The notes: generated by a model not told the origin, from the letters alone. A stretch of DNA of 32,000 nucleotides from an uncultured Nitrososphaerota archaeon (GCA_964480775.1 CAYZRF010000009.1:34364-66363), one strand, 5' to 3'. Numbered from the stretch's first letter, positions 1-9,186 are shown. Translations and numbers: made by a program.

Positions 1-933
1 CCTATGTAGAATATCCAACACCGTTGAGGTTATGTCTTCCATCCCTTCTGGGGGCTGAACGACTTTTAGCCTCACCAGCCCATTTTCAGGAAAGGCTTCA
101 CATGGAGCATCTATTAGCGATCTTACTGTTTCTATAAGTGAAGCAACAGAAACTTTGGCTGGTGGAGCTGCAATGATCTCCAATGAGATCTTACCCGCTA
201 AACGTCTTTTTAGTTTCTCTACTTCATCGAGAGCTACTATCTTACCCTCATTTATGATGGCCACCCTATCGCACAAGATCTCAGCTTCAAACATGTTGTG
301 AGTCGTTATGAGCACGGTTTTTCCATCTTTATGAGCTAACTTTACTAAAAGCTCCCTCAAAGTTCTCGCTGATGGAGGATCTAACCCCAGTGTTGGTTCA
401 TCGAGAATTAATACTTCGGGATCCGTTATCAAAGCTCTAGCTATGCTTAACCTGGCTTTCATTCCTAAAGAATACTCTTCATATAGCTTGTCCGCCACTC
501 CCAAGCTAGTTAACCCAACGATTTCGAGACATCGTTGTACACTTGTCCTTAACTCTTCGCCATCAAGCCCATAGAGCATTCCAAAGTAAGAAAGGTTTTC
601 TCTCCCTGTAAGCTTCCAAAAGAATCCTTTCTCAACTGATAACGAAACCCCAATTAATTTTCTAACTTCAGGAGCTTCTTTTACGACATCATAACCCAAT
701 ATTCTAGCTTCTCCACTATCTGGAAGAAGAAGTGTACTGAGAATCTTGACAGTCGTAGTTTTTCCGGCACCGTTTGGTCCTAGAAGACCGAAAACTTCTC
801 CTCTTTTTACCAAAAAGGAGACTCCTTTTAGGGCGTGGACTTCTTGTCTCTCCCTTCTAATCAGCCCCTTTCTTAGATAGGTCAAGTAGATCTTTCTAAG
901 ATCTCTTGCTACTATCACATCTTGTTCTAACAT
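1..933 (-). CDS. ABC transporter ATP-binding protein (ABC-2/DrrA-like), partial; the C-terminus runs off the left edge
   Basis: Not in the ORF track because there is no stop codon in the window. My reverse-strand translation from the ATG (complement of 933-931) reads MLEQDVIVARDLRKIY...VHALKGVSFLVKRGEVFGLLGPNGAGKTTTVK. Walker A lies at complement 754-780. Also present: ABC signature YSLGMKARLSIARAL (about 430-474), Walker B LILDEPTLGLD and H-loop TVLITTHNM. No stop was noticed in the stretches I translated by hand, down to position 1 (the full frame was not scanned codon by codon). Confidence 0.9.
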   Translation of the reverse strand, partial: MLEQDVIVARDLRKIYLTYLRKGLIRRERQEVHALKGVSFLVKRGEVFGLLGPNGAGKTTTVKILSTLLLPDSGEARILGYDVVKEAPEVRKLIGVSLSVEKGFFWKLTGRENLSYFGMLYGLDGEELRTSVQRCLEIVGLTSLGVADKLYEEYSLGMKARLSIARALITDPEVLILDEPTLGLDPPSARTLRELLVKLAHKDGKTVLITTHNMFEAEILCDRVAIINEGKIVALDEVEKLKRRLAGKISLEIIAAPPAKVSVASLIETVRSLIDAPCEAFPENGLVRLKVVQPPEGMEDITSTVLDILHR

Positions 934-1179
934 TGAATATCCCCTGTTTCGAAGCCCTATTAAGGCATAACTTGTGTCCCAATTTTAACAGTTAGTCACT
1001 AAACATCATTACTTTAAGTTAACTAAGTACTCAAATCTTATGATCTTCTCTGTTACGTAGAGTTCTCAGTTGATATTTGGCAGTCAAACCCATTTTCATG
1101 GCAAAATCTGTAGCTGTGATAAGTGATCTATCGTTCAAACATTAGACTCGCATAAATTACTGCAACTGGGTTAATCGAA

Positions 1180-2529
1180 TTAGTAAACCAGTAGTTGTTT
1201 AAGGCTTGGATTTAGCTCGATGGCTCTTTGCGTTAGATCTCTTGCTGCTTCAATACCCAAAGATATAATTGAACCTACATCGTGCTTAGTGAGAGATCCT
1301 TTCTTAACCACAATCTTGCCATCAACTATAACGGTGTCTACATCATTTCCATTAGCATTGTAGACCACATTGGCACGAGGGTCAAACCTAGGGTTCATAT
1401 GGGGCTTTTTCATATTTATTAGAATCAAATCTGCTATTTTTCCTTTTTCTAAGGAGCCTAGCTTGTCTCCTAAGCCCAATGCCTTAGCAGAGTCAATAGT
1501 TGCCATTCTTAACAGATTTTTAAATCCCATTGCTGAAGGATTTCCAGTAAGTTGCCTCTGAGTCATGGCTGCTGCTCTCATCTCTTCTATCATATCTGCT
1601 GGCCTGGCGTCAGTTCCTATTAGGACCCTAATTCCCAATTCTAACATTTTTGTAGCTTTTGCGTAGCTTCCTCCCAAAGCATATGTTGAGGGGCAATAAA
1701 CAACATTTGTGCGGGCCTGAGAAAGAAGTTTTAGATCTTGTTCGTCTACATGTATGCAGTGTGCAGCAATCAGATCTGGTCCGAGGATTTTAAGCTTATG
1801 AAGTAGGTCAACGGGGCTTCTAGCTCCCTTCCCCCATGCTCCTCTAACTTTACTAACTTCCCTTCTCGATTGGGAGAGATGCATATGGATCTTGACGTTT
1901 TGTTCACTTGCTATCTCTCTTAGTTCCGCTAACCAATCAGGACTAACCGTATCTGGAGCATGAGGGGCTAAGCAAGGGATTACTAGCGGATGCTTCCCCT
2001 TCCATCTCTTAACAAAGCTAACTCCCTTCTCAAATTCGGCTCTTCCAGTCCAAGGGCCATCTTCTGTCATTATTGTGTGTCCTAAGACACCTCTGATTCC
2101 TAACTCCGTCGTAGCCTTAGCTATTTCTTCCATAAAGAAGTAATGATCAACTATACAAGTAGTTCCAAAGAGAAGAGCTTCTGCTGCCCCCATAAGAGCT
2201 GCTTTATAACAATCCTCAGGAATCCAAGCTTTTTCCATCGGCCAATAAACTTTGTACAACCTGTCTTTTTGCTCTCTACCAAGCCTCGATATAATACACA
2301 TTGCTATGTGGGTGTGGGCATTGATAAAACCCGGGAGGACTATCATATCGCTAGCATTGATCTCTTCTTTTGCATCATAAGATGCTATAATCTCTTTTGA
2401 AGGACCTATATCTAAGATCCTATTTCCTTCAATCGCTATAGCTGCGTCCTTCAAAATCCTATCATTCGAGTCCATAGTCACTACATATGCATTTTTGATG
2501 AGGATATCACACATTGGGCGGTTCTTCAT
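1180..2529 (-). CDS. Amidohydrolase-superfamily deaminase/chlorohydrolase (MTA/SAH deaminase MtaD or SsnA-like)
   Basis: 449-aa ORF. Metal-binding HxH motif in PGFINAHTHIAM, later His/Asp ligand motifs (IHMHLSQS, AAHCIHV, LIGTDA), and an N-terminal beta-sandwich start ILIKNAYVVTMD. Overall colinear with MtaD-type enzymes. Substrate not assignable. Met6 (2514) is an alternative start. Confidence 0.8.
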   Translation of the reverse strand: MKNRPMCDILIKNAYVVTMDSNDRILKDAAIAIEGNRILDIGPSKEIIASYDAKEEINASDMIVLPGFINAHTHIAMCIISRLGREQKDRLYKVYWPMEKAWIPEDCYKAALMGAAEALLFGTTCIVDHYFFMEEIAKATTELGIRGVLGHTIMTEDGPWTGRAEFEKGVSFVKRWKGKHPLVIPCLAPHAPDTVSPDWLAELREIASEQNVKIHMHLSQSRREVSKVRGAWGKGARSPVDLLHKLKILGPDLIAAHCIHVDEQDLKLLSQARTNVVYCPSTYALGGSYAKATKMLELGIRVLIGTDARPADMIEEMRAAAMTQRQLTGNPSAMGFKNLLRMATIDSAKALGLGDKLGSLEKGKIADLILINMKKPHMNPRFDPRANVVYNANGNDVDTVIVDGKIVVKKGSLTKHDVGSIISLGIEAARDLTQRAIELNPSLKQLLVY

Positions 2530-2645
2530 AGGCTAAAAGATAATCTTTGACGCTAAAGCTAAGGGTTGATACTGCTATCCAAAAGGTCCATGACCCCCCA
2601 TCTTTTTCAATTAAATCTCAAAGCATGTTAGCGGAGGGTTAGCCC

Positions 2646-3512
2646 TTGGAGTTTGAAGTGAATTGGGCTCGTAAGTTTTATGGCAAGAGGATGAAGTCGA
2701 TTTCGGAACTTTTCGAGGTTGAAAAGGCTATTATAGGAATGGTTCATTTGCCACCGCTACCGGGTTCTGTTGCCTACGAAGGAGAAAGCATGGACTCAAT
2801 TATTGAATTCGCCCTTAAAGACGCAAGATTGCTTCAGGAAGGGGGAGTAGACGGCCTTATAGTAGAGAACATGTGGGATTTACCTTATTTTGTTGGAGAA
2901 AATGTTCCTCCAGAAGAGATAGCATCAATGGCGGTAGCTACGAGGGAAGTAATTAAAGAATCCTCAGTTCCTGTTGGAGTCAACATCGTACACAACGGGT
3001 GGAGAGGAGAGCTTTCCATAGCCGTTGCTTCTGGAGCCAAGTTCATGAGAGTTTGTTTACTGGCTGGAGCTCTTGTTTGGGACACTGGAGAATTTGATCA
3101 TGGAGTATGTGCTAAGCTACTTAGGATGAGAAAGTTCTTGCATGCAGAACATGTTAAGCTCTTTGCAGATGTGACTAAGAAGCATGCGGTCATGTTTCCT
3201 GGAATAGATCTGAAGAAGCACGCAGAATGGTTAAATTTTTACATGGCTGATGCTCTTATAGTAACAGGAACAATGACCGGAAAGTCTCCAAGTGTAGAAA
3301 AAGTCAAGAAGGTTAGGGAGTACCTGCCAGACAGGCCTATACTGGTCGGAAGCGGAGTTAATCCTTCAAATGTCAGGGATTTCTTTAGGTACGCAGATGG
3401 TGCCATTGTTGGCACGTACTTCAAAGTTGGCGGCTTAACCCAAAATCCTGTGGAATTAGATAGAGTTAAACGATTGATGGAAGAAGTAAGGCGTATAAGA
3501 AGGGGGGAATAG
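2646..3512 (+). CDS. BtpA/SgcQ-family TIM-barrel protein
   Basis: Hallmark N-terminal motif IIGMVHLPPLPGS, then GVDGLIVEN and VGSGV. Same family as cyanobacterial BtpA and E. coli SgcQ. The track start is TTG 2646; ATG 2691 (MKSISELF...) is the more likely start. Confidence 0.85.
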   Translation: MEFEVNWARKFYGKRMKSISELFEVEKAIIGMVHLPPLPGSVAYEGESMDSIIEFALKDARLLQEGGVDGLIVENMWDLPYFVGENVPPEEIASMAVATREVIKESSVPVGVNIVHNGWRGELSIAVASGAKFMRVCLLAGALVWDTGEFDHGVCAKLLRMRKFLHAEHVKLFADVTKKHAVMFPGIDLKKHAEWLNFYMADALIVTGTMTGKSPSVEKVKKVREYLPDRPILVGSGVNPSNVRDFFRYADGAIVGTYFKVGGLTQNPVELDRVKRLMEEVRRIRRGE

Positions 3513-3615
3513 GTTTCTGAATGAATTCTTTCTTATCCTAGGAGACATAGACGTCGACATCATCTTATATGGAGAAAGCTATCCAGGAAGGGGAAGCATA
3601 GCCGTATCAGATGAT

Positions 3616-4458
3616 GTGAGAATCTGTAGCGGGGGTGTTGGCGCCAATATCGCTGTAGCTCTAGCGAAACTGGGGGCAGAAACCCGACTTACTGGGGCAA
3701 TAGGAGACGATTCATGGGGTAACCTTGTAATTAGAGAAATGACAGAGAAAGGGGTTAATTTAAATCTCCTACAGATAAAAAAGGGTGAATTAACAGGCTT
3801 TATGTTTATTTTTGTTGATAAAGAAGGAGAGAGAACAATCCTAGGATATAGGGGTGCAAACAAGAGATTTAGGGCCACAAGAGAGGTTTTGGAGGTAGCT
3901 TCCAGAGCGTCACATGTTCACGTATCAGGTTATTCTTTAATGGACTCAGAAGAATTCCCTCATGCATTTTCACTACTTAAGACTGCAAAGAAGTTTGGTA
4001 GGACCACTTCAGTTGACATTGAAGGCATTGCATTTCAAGGAAAAGCAAAAGTCCTTCAATTAAAGGGACTCATTAATTATTGCTTCTCAAACGAGACAGA
4101 AGCAAAAGCTCTGTGTGGAAAATTTGACAACAAAAGGTTTGAATCTTTTAGGAAAGAATTAGGGGCAGAAGTATTTGTAGTCAAAACAGGCAAAGAAGGG
4201 TGTCTTGTACTATGGGACTGCGGCATAGAATTGGTATCTGCCATGAAAATAAAGGTAAAAGATACAACTGGCGCGGGAGATGCTTTCAACGCAGGTTTCT
4301 TATTTGGAATTTCGAAAGGTCTGAGTCCTAGCTCAGCATGTAGGCTAGGAAATGCTGTGGCTGGGTATAAATGTGAAGGAGAAGGAGCCCAGCACCTTCC
4401 GAGCATAGAACAGTTAGTTAAAAGGTGGCCAGAATTGAAATCTATGCTATTAAAATGA
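3616..4458 (+). CDS. PfkB-family (ribokinase-like) carbohydrate/nucleoside kinase, with a start-codon problem
   Basis: Contains GGVGANIAVALAKLG (the sugar-binding GG motif) and the C-terminal DTTGAGDAFNAGFLFG (catalytic Asp/anion hole). The conserved first beta-strand FLILGDIDVDII is encoded in frame upstream (3529-3564), but no ATG, GTG or TTG exists in that frame between the TAA at 3496-3498 and GTG 3616. See findings. Confidence 0.8.
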   Translation: MRICSGGVGANIAVALAKLGAETRLTGAIGDDSWGNLVIREMTEKGVNLNLLQIKKGELTGFMFIFVDKEGERTILGYRGANKRFRATREVLEVASRASHVHVSGYSLMDSEEFPHAFSLLKTAKKFGRTTSVDIEGIAFQGKAKVLQLKGLINYCFSNETEAKALCGKFDNKRFESFRKELGAEVFVVKTGKEGCLVLWDCGIELVSAMKIKVKDTTGAGDAFNAGFLFGISKGLSPSSACRLGNAVAGYKCEGEGAQHLPSIEQLVKRWPELKSMLLK

Positions 4459-4563
4459 TCAGGGTCAAACACTCTTATTCTTGTTGCAGAAGCATTAATG
4501 TGATTAATGCACTAATAATTGGTAAGCTGTATCTATCCTCTTCTGCTAGTTTTGGGTGATAGA

Positions 4564-5511
4564 ATGAAAGCGTGCAGAAAGAAGTTTCTAGCGTTAGGCC
4601 ACCTCACAATAGATGAGTTATTTCACGAAGGAAAGAAAATTAGAGAGAGAATGGGTGGCTCTGTTGCATATGGCTCTTTAGCTGCTGCCTCCATGGGATG
4701 GAAAGCAAGCATAGTTTCAGTTATTGGAGAAGATATGCCAGAGAGCTTTCTTCATAAGCTTCATTCCAGCGGAGTTGATCTTTCTAATGTAAGGATGAGT
4801 GGTAAGCACAGTACAAGATTTCAAGTCGAAGTATCAGGTTCAAGAAGAGTTCTTTCGAAGCCAAGAAGCGCTCCAGCTTTACAATCCTTCGACATTCCAA
4901 GAGATCTAAAGGACTATGACATCTTCTTCTTTGGTCCAATAGGAGGAGAAATTGGTGTGGATCTCATAGATAAAATCAGAAAAGAAGCAAAAGGTATTTT
5001 TGCCGTCGATTTGCAAGGTTTCCTAAGGAAATTTAGTCCTAGTGGGGAGATGATTTTGGTAAAGAACGAAGATGCTCTCATAGCCTGTTCTTATTGTGAT
5101 GTTGTTCACCTAGGCTTAGAAGAATATTTTGCTCTAACAGGAACAGCAAAGTTGTATAAAGGAATAGAAATGCTTCTAGACGTGGGAGCCATAGTAATTT
5201 CCATAACTATGGGAGAAAGGGGAGCTATAGTTGCTGACAAAGAGAAAATCCTTCACATACCAGCAATTAAACCTAAGAGAGTAGTAGATGATGTTGGAGC
5301 TGGAGACGTATTCTTAGCAGTTCTTTCTGTGTGTATAGCAGAAAATAAGGGTCTTGTGGTTTCTTCAGCTATAGCGACTGCCGCCGCATCTCTATCAATA
5401 GAACTCGACGGACCACACCTACTTAACAAGAACGAGATAGATAGAATGTCAAAGATCGTTATACCCTTGATAACTCGCGCTTCTGATAACTTTCAATTTT
5501 CGAATTTATAG
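4564..5511 (+). CDS. PfkB-family carbohydrate kinase, second paralog
   Basis: The ORF opens at TTG 4519; the probable start is ATG 4564 (MKACRKKFLALGHLTIDEL). Contains GGSVAYGSLAAASMG and DDVGAGDVFLAVL, the PfkB signature motifs. Substrate not assignable. Confidence 0.8.
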   Translation: MKACRKKFLALGHLTIDELFHEGKKIRERMGGSVAYGSLAAASMGWKASIVSVIGEDMPESFLHKLHSSGVDLSNVRMSGKHSTRFQVEVSGSRRVLSKPRSAPALQSFDIPRDLKDYDIFFFGPIGGEIGVDLIDKIRKEAKGIFAVDLQGFLRKFSPSGEMILVKNEDALIACSYCDVVHLGLEEYFALTGTAKLYKGIEMLLDVGAIVISITMGERGAIVADKEKILHIPAIKPKRVVDDVGAGDVFLAVLSVCIAENKGLVVSSAIATAAASLSIELDGPHLLNKNEIDRMSKIVIPLITRASDNFQFSNL

Positions 5512-5625
5512 GTGGTTATTGGTGAGTTTCTCTTCTCATTGAATTTACTTATAACTAAAAGACAATATAGGAGAGAGGAAACTGAATATTGCAAGCTTTT
5601 AGGTGAACAGGCGAGTTGTAAAGTG

Positions 5626-6087
5626 ATGTCAATACCAATCGAGATCGTTGAGGTTGAGGGAGAAAGCTGGTGTACAGTACTTAAACAAATGGCTAAACAA
5701 CTGGTAGATAAAGGATATGTCAAGGAATCTTATGTAAATGCCCTTATCGAGAGAGAAAAGAACTATCCCACTGGAATTAAAATCCCTTCAGGGATCAATG
5801 TTGCCATACCTCATGCCGATATAGAACATGTCTTGAGACAGGCACTAATAATTGGTGTACCTAAGAATCCCGTTATCTTCCACAACATTGAGGAGCCGAA
5901 GGAAACTATTAGCGTAGAACTCATTCTTCTACTTGTTATTAAAGAACCAGAGGGTTATGTTAGCTTTCTCTCAAAGTTAACTCGACTCTTTCAGGATAAA
6001 GACTTTATAACATTTGCAAAGGGGAAATTATACAAAAAACTTGCTGATCTAATAGTAGAACGATGTCTTAAAGGAAAAAGTAAGTGA
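5626..6087 (+). CDS. PTS Enzyme IIA, type 2 (mannitol/fructose/galactitol/Ntr-type; SgcA/GatA/PtsN-like)
   Basis: EKNYPTGIKIPSGINVAIPHADIEHV matches the EIIA-2 phospho-His loop (..G.AIPH..). A start at ATG 5626 (MSIPIEIVEV) gives about 153 aa, typical for the family. The track extension back to 5512 encodes atypical sequence. Confidence 0.75.
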   Translation: MSIPIEIVEVEGESWCTVLKQMAKQLVDKGYVKESYVNALIEREKNYPTGIKIPSGINVAIPHADIEHVLRQALIIGVPKNPVIFHNIEEPKETISVELILLLVIKEPEGYVSFLSKLTRLFQDKDFITFAKGKLYKKLADLIVERCLKGKSK

Positions 6088-6191
6088 TCTCGATTTCTGC
6101 CAAGGCAAAACCCTCCTCATAAAACATCTGTTTGAAATTAGCCTTCTTTTCTGTTTAAATCAGGTTTACAACATTAGATTGCTTCTCTTAG

Positions 6192-6206
6192 TTATAATTT
6201 AAAATA
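6192..6206 (+). promoter_or_regulatory. Archaeal TATA-like box upstream of the larA homolog
   Basis: ttataatttaaaata is centred about 32 nt upstream of ATG 6231, in an AT-rich gap after a T-rich tract. The spacing fits a near-leaderless transcript. Confidence 0.45.
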
Positions 6207-6230
6207 GAGGCGCTTTATTCATCTTTCAAG

Positions 6231-7493
6231 ATGCGAGTTTCCTTTCCATATGGAGAAAAGATCCTAAAAGCCGAGATATCTTGCGAAGTACTTGTTTCAA
6301 AAGAGATGCCAACAATCAAGAATCTTGAGCAAAGCATTTGTGACTCGCTTGAGAAACCGATTAATTCTCAACCCCTTCCTAAGCTCGTTAAGAATGCTAA
6401 AAATGTGTTGATAATAATTCCTGATATTACAAGAGCATGCCCGACTGAAATACTCTTAAGAAATGTTATTTCAGTTATTGAAAGATGTTCTAATGCGGAG
6501 ATTAGAATACTGATTGCCACGGGACTCCATAGACCCGTTAATGAGATGGAAAAGGAGAGATTAGTCGGAAAGGAAATAAAGAGCAGATACGAAGTTTTAA
6601 ATCACAGTGCAGACGGATCTGAGGACTTAATTGATCTGCAGAAGAAGACATTCTATGGTACTCCAGTTGAGGTCAATAGATACGTAATGGTTAGCGATGT
6701 AGTTGTAGCAATCGGGCTTATAGAGCCCCACTTCTTCGCAGGTTATAGCGGAGGAAGAAAAGCATTGCTCCCTGGCGTTGCAAGTGCAAGCGCTATTTTC
6801 AACAATCATGGATACAAAATGATAGGGCATCAGTTCTCTAGGTGCGGGATATTAGATGGAAACCCTGTTCATCAGGATATGATGGAGTTTATGAAGGTTA
6901 CAAAGCTTGATTTTATTGTAAATGTTATATTAGACAAGGACAAAAGAATTTCTGGAATATTTTCTGGAGATCCCATGGTTGCTCATCTCACTGGAGTTAG
7001 AGAATTGGACAAGTATGTTAGAATACCTTATGAAAGAGAGGCTGAAATAGTAATAACCACTAACGGTGGCTATCCTCTTGATAGAGATATTTATCAGACT
7101 GTAAAAGGCATGGATACAGCGTCATATGTGGTCAAAAAGCAAGGCGTGATAATAATCGCATCAGAGTGCAGAGACGGTTTAGGAGGTCACGAAAGTTTTC
7201 TCAAAATCTTGGAAGGAACAAGCAATCCAAAGGAAATCCTGGAACGAATTAAAACATTAGAACCCATCTATGACCAATGGGAAGCCCAAGTTTTGGCCAG
7301 AGTCCTGTCCAAGGCACGCGTTATTGTTGTCACAGAAAATATATCTGAGAAGACACTCAGAACTCTACAACTAATGCATGCAGATAATTTAGAAGAAGCA
7401 TTAGAAATAGCTTATGGCATTGTTGGAAGAGATGCTACAGTAGTATCAATTCCAGAAGGTCCCTACATAATTCCCAGCAAGTCTACAATATAG
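6231..7493 (+). CDS. larA: LarA-family nickel-pincer (NPN) dependent 2-hydroxyacid racemase/epimerase homolog (DUF2088)
   Basis: 420 aa. Contains IIIPDITRACP, ATGLHRP and EPHFFAGYSGGRKALLPGVASASAIFNNH. The spacing His-10-Lys-16-His equals the His174/Lys184/His200 spacing of L. plantarum LarA, and the GLHRP His corresponds to His108. Confidence 0.8.
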   Translation: MRVSFPYGEKILKAEISCEVLVSKEMPTIKNLEQSICDSLEKPINSQPLPKLVKNAKNVLIIIPDITRACPTEILLRNVISVIERCSNAEIRILIATGLHRPVNEMEKERLVGKEIKSRYEVLNHSADGSEDLIDLQKKTFYGTPVEVNRYVMVSDVVVAIGLIEPHFFAGYSGGRKALLPGVASASAIFNNHGYKMIGHQFSRCGILDGNPVHQDMMEFMKVTKLDFIVNVILDKDKRISGIFSGDPMVAHLTGVRELDKYVRIPYEREAEIVITTNGGYPLDRDIYQTVKGMDTASYVVKKQGVIIIASECRDGLGGHESFLKILEGTSNPKEILERIKTLEPIYDQWEAQVLARVLSKARVIVVTENISEKTLRTLQLMHADNLEEALEIAYGIVGRDATVVSIPEGPYIIPSKSTI

Positions 7494-7530
7494 ACATTAG
7501 TAGAAGTAGAAAATTCCTTATAACAAGTAG

Positions 7531-7989
7531 CTAACTAACCAATATTTCGCCAACGACCTCAACTGGAATACAATGCTCTATACTCCTGGAGATATGACAG
7601 TAAGCTATTGCTAAGTCTAAACACTTTTTCGCGCCCTCAACATGCTCTTTCGGAGCATATCCTTTAACCTTAACCTTCATTTTTTTCAGCAAGTAGGCCC
7701 CTTTGACAAGTTCTACGTCAGACTCAGCCTCTAAATTAATGTCTTTTATCTGAATTCCTCTTTTCCTTATGAACCAAAGGAACGTTGTTAGGACACACCC
7801 ACCTACCGAGGCCAAGAACAATTCATCTGGGCACACTCCTTCTCCAAATCCACCAAAGTCCTTAGGTGTATCTATTGTAAATGACTTTCCTCCCTCTGTT
7901 ACTACAGAGGCACCAGTTCTACCATCCCACTGGATTTTAACCCTAAATTTCAATTTTTCTGCGAGTCCTGCCATGTTCTCCCCCTCCAC
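7531..7989 (-). CDS. OsmC/Ohr-family peroxiredoxin-like protein
   Basis: GVCPDELFLASVGGCVLTTF and AIAYCHISRS carry the two conserved Cys regions of the OsmC fold. A TATA-like TTAAATTAATTT (complement of 7999-8010) fits a leaderless start at Met6 (7974) better than at 7989. Confidence 0.8.
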   Translation of the reverse strand: MEGENMAGLAEKLKFRVKIQWDGRTGASVVTEGGKSFTIDTPKDFGGFGEGVCPDELFLASVGGCVLTTFLWFIRKRGIQIKDINLEAESDVELVKGAYLLKKMKVKVKGYAPKEHVEGAKKCLDLAIAYCHISRSIEHCIPVEVVGEILVS

Positions 7990-8078
7990 CCAAGCATCAA
8001 ATTAATTTAAGGGTAAATTCTCATAGCTGAAAAAGACAGACTACTTTGTAAGACAGTTACTCCTATAGTATCTAAGTT

Positions 8079-9176
8079 TTAGCTTTTAAGAACCTCTGGA
8101 TCTTCTAATTTCTTCTTTATTTTTCCTAAGAACTCAGAGGCTGGAACTCCATCAACAACTCTGTGGTCAAATACAAGGGATATATGTATGGTCGGTTTCG
8201 CACATAATTTATTCTCTACCACAGCAAGACTATGTGTAAGTGTTCCTACTCCCAAAATTGCTGATTGAGGAGGGTTTATTATTGGTATAAAGAATTTAAC
8301 GTCTTTAGCTCCCAAGTTAGAAACCGTAAAGGTGCCATTGGCTACATCCTCAGGAGACAAACCCTCTTCTCTAGCCTTTTTTGATAGATTTTCGATCTCG
8401 TTGCTGATCTCGACGAGCGATTTCTTGTCGGCGTTCTTTATCACAGGAACCACAAGACCTTGGGGCAAACTTACTGCCACTCCTACGTTTATATCTTCAT
8501 ATACTATTATCCTGTCTCCTTCTACACTGGAGTTTAGCATTGGATCTTCCCTTAGAGCTAAGGCGACGGCTTTAACTATCATGGCCGTAATAGAAATTTT
8601 CTTTCCATCTCTTGTTAGTCTTTTTCTCATTTCTAGCACTTTGGTCATATCTACCTCAGCGATTATAGCAACACTTGGGATGGTTTGATGACTTTCAGTC
8701 ATCCTTCTGGCTATTGTTTTTCTCATTCCTTCTATTCTAACTATTTTCATTATCTTTGGACCTTTTTCCTCCTTCTGTGCCATTTCAAGAGCTCTGATAA
8801 CATCTTCTCTAACAATTCTTCCACCAGGGCCAGTACCCCTTATTTTTGAGATATCTAAACCATATTCCTTAGCTAATCTTCTTGCAGCAGGTGATATTTT
8901 GATCTTCTCCTTTGGAGGCAACTCTTCGCTCATTTCTTCGCCAGGAGCTGCGATTATAGCTATCGTCTCCGTAACAGGAACTTCATCTCCCTCTTTTGCT
9001 ATTATCTTTCTTAATATGCCAGAGGCAGGGGCTTCTACGGAGAAAATGGTTTTTTCGCCCTCAACTTTGACTATCGGTTCTCCCTCTTTAACTTCATCTC
9101 CCTCTTTTTTGAGCCATTCCACTATCTTTCCTGTCTCCATTCCAGGATCTATCCTTGGTAGGATCACTTTCTTCAT
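8079..9176 (-). CDS. 2-oxoacid dehydrogenase complex E2 (dihydrolipoamide acyltransferase)
   Basis: One lipoyl domain (VKVEGEKTIFSVEAPASG), the peripheral-subunit binding domain (ISPAARRLAKEYGLDISKIRGTGPGGRI), and a catalytic domain ending in the active-site motif FDHRVVDG. Confidence 0.9.
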   Translation of the reverse strand: MKKVILPRIDPGMETGKIVEWLKKEGDEVKEGEPIVKVEGEKTIFSVEAPASGILRKIIAKEGDEVPVTETIAIIAAPGEEMSEELPPKEKIKISPAARRLAKEYGLDISKIRGTGPGGRIVREDVIRALEMAQKEEKGPKIMKIVRIEGMRKTIARRMTESHQTIPSVAIIAEVDMTKVLEMRKRLTRDGKKISITAMIVKAVALALREDPMLNSSVEGDRIIVYEDINVGVAVSLPQGLVVPVIKNADKKSLVEISNEIENLSKKAREEGLSPEDVANGTFTVSNLGAKDVKFFIPIINPPQSAILGVGTLTHSLAVVENKLCAKPTIHISLVFDHRVVDGVPASEFLGKIKKKLEDPEVLKS

Positions 9177-9186
9177 TATATCACCG

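Noticed and set aside
5512-5625. A 38-codon N-terminal extension of the EIIA ORF, starting at GTG 5512 directly after the kinase stop.
   Set aside because: The encoded sequence (MVIGEFLFSLNLLITKRQYRREETEYCK...) is not EIIA-like. The stretch is AT-rich with TATA-like elements. ATG 5626 gives a family-typical length.
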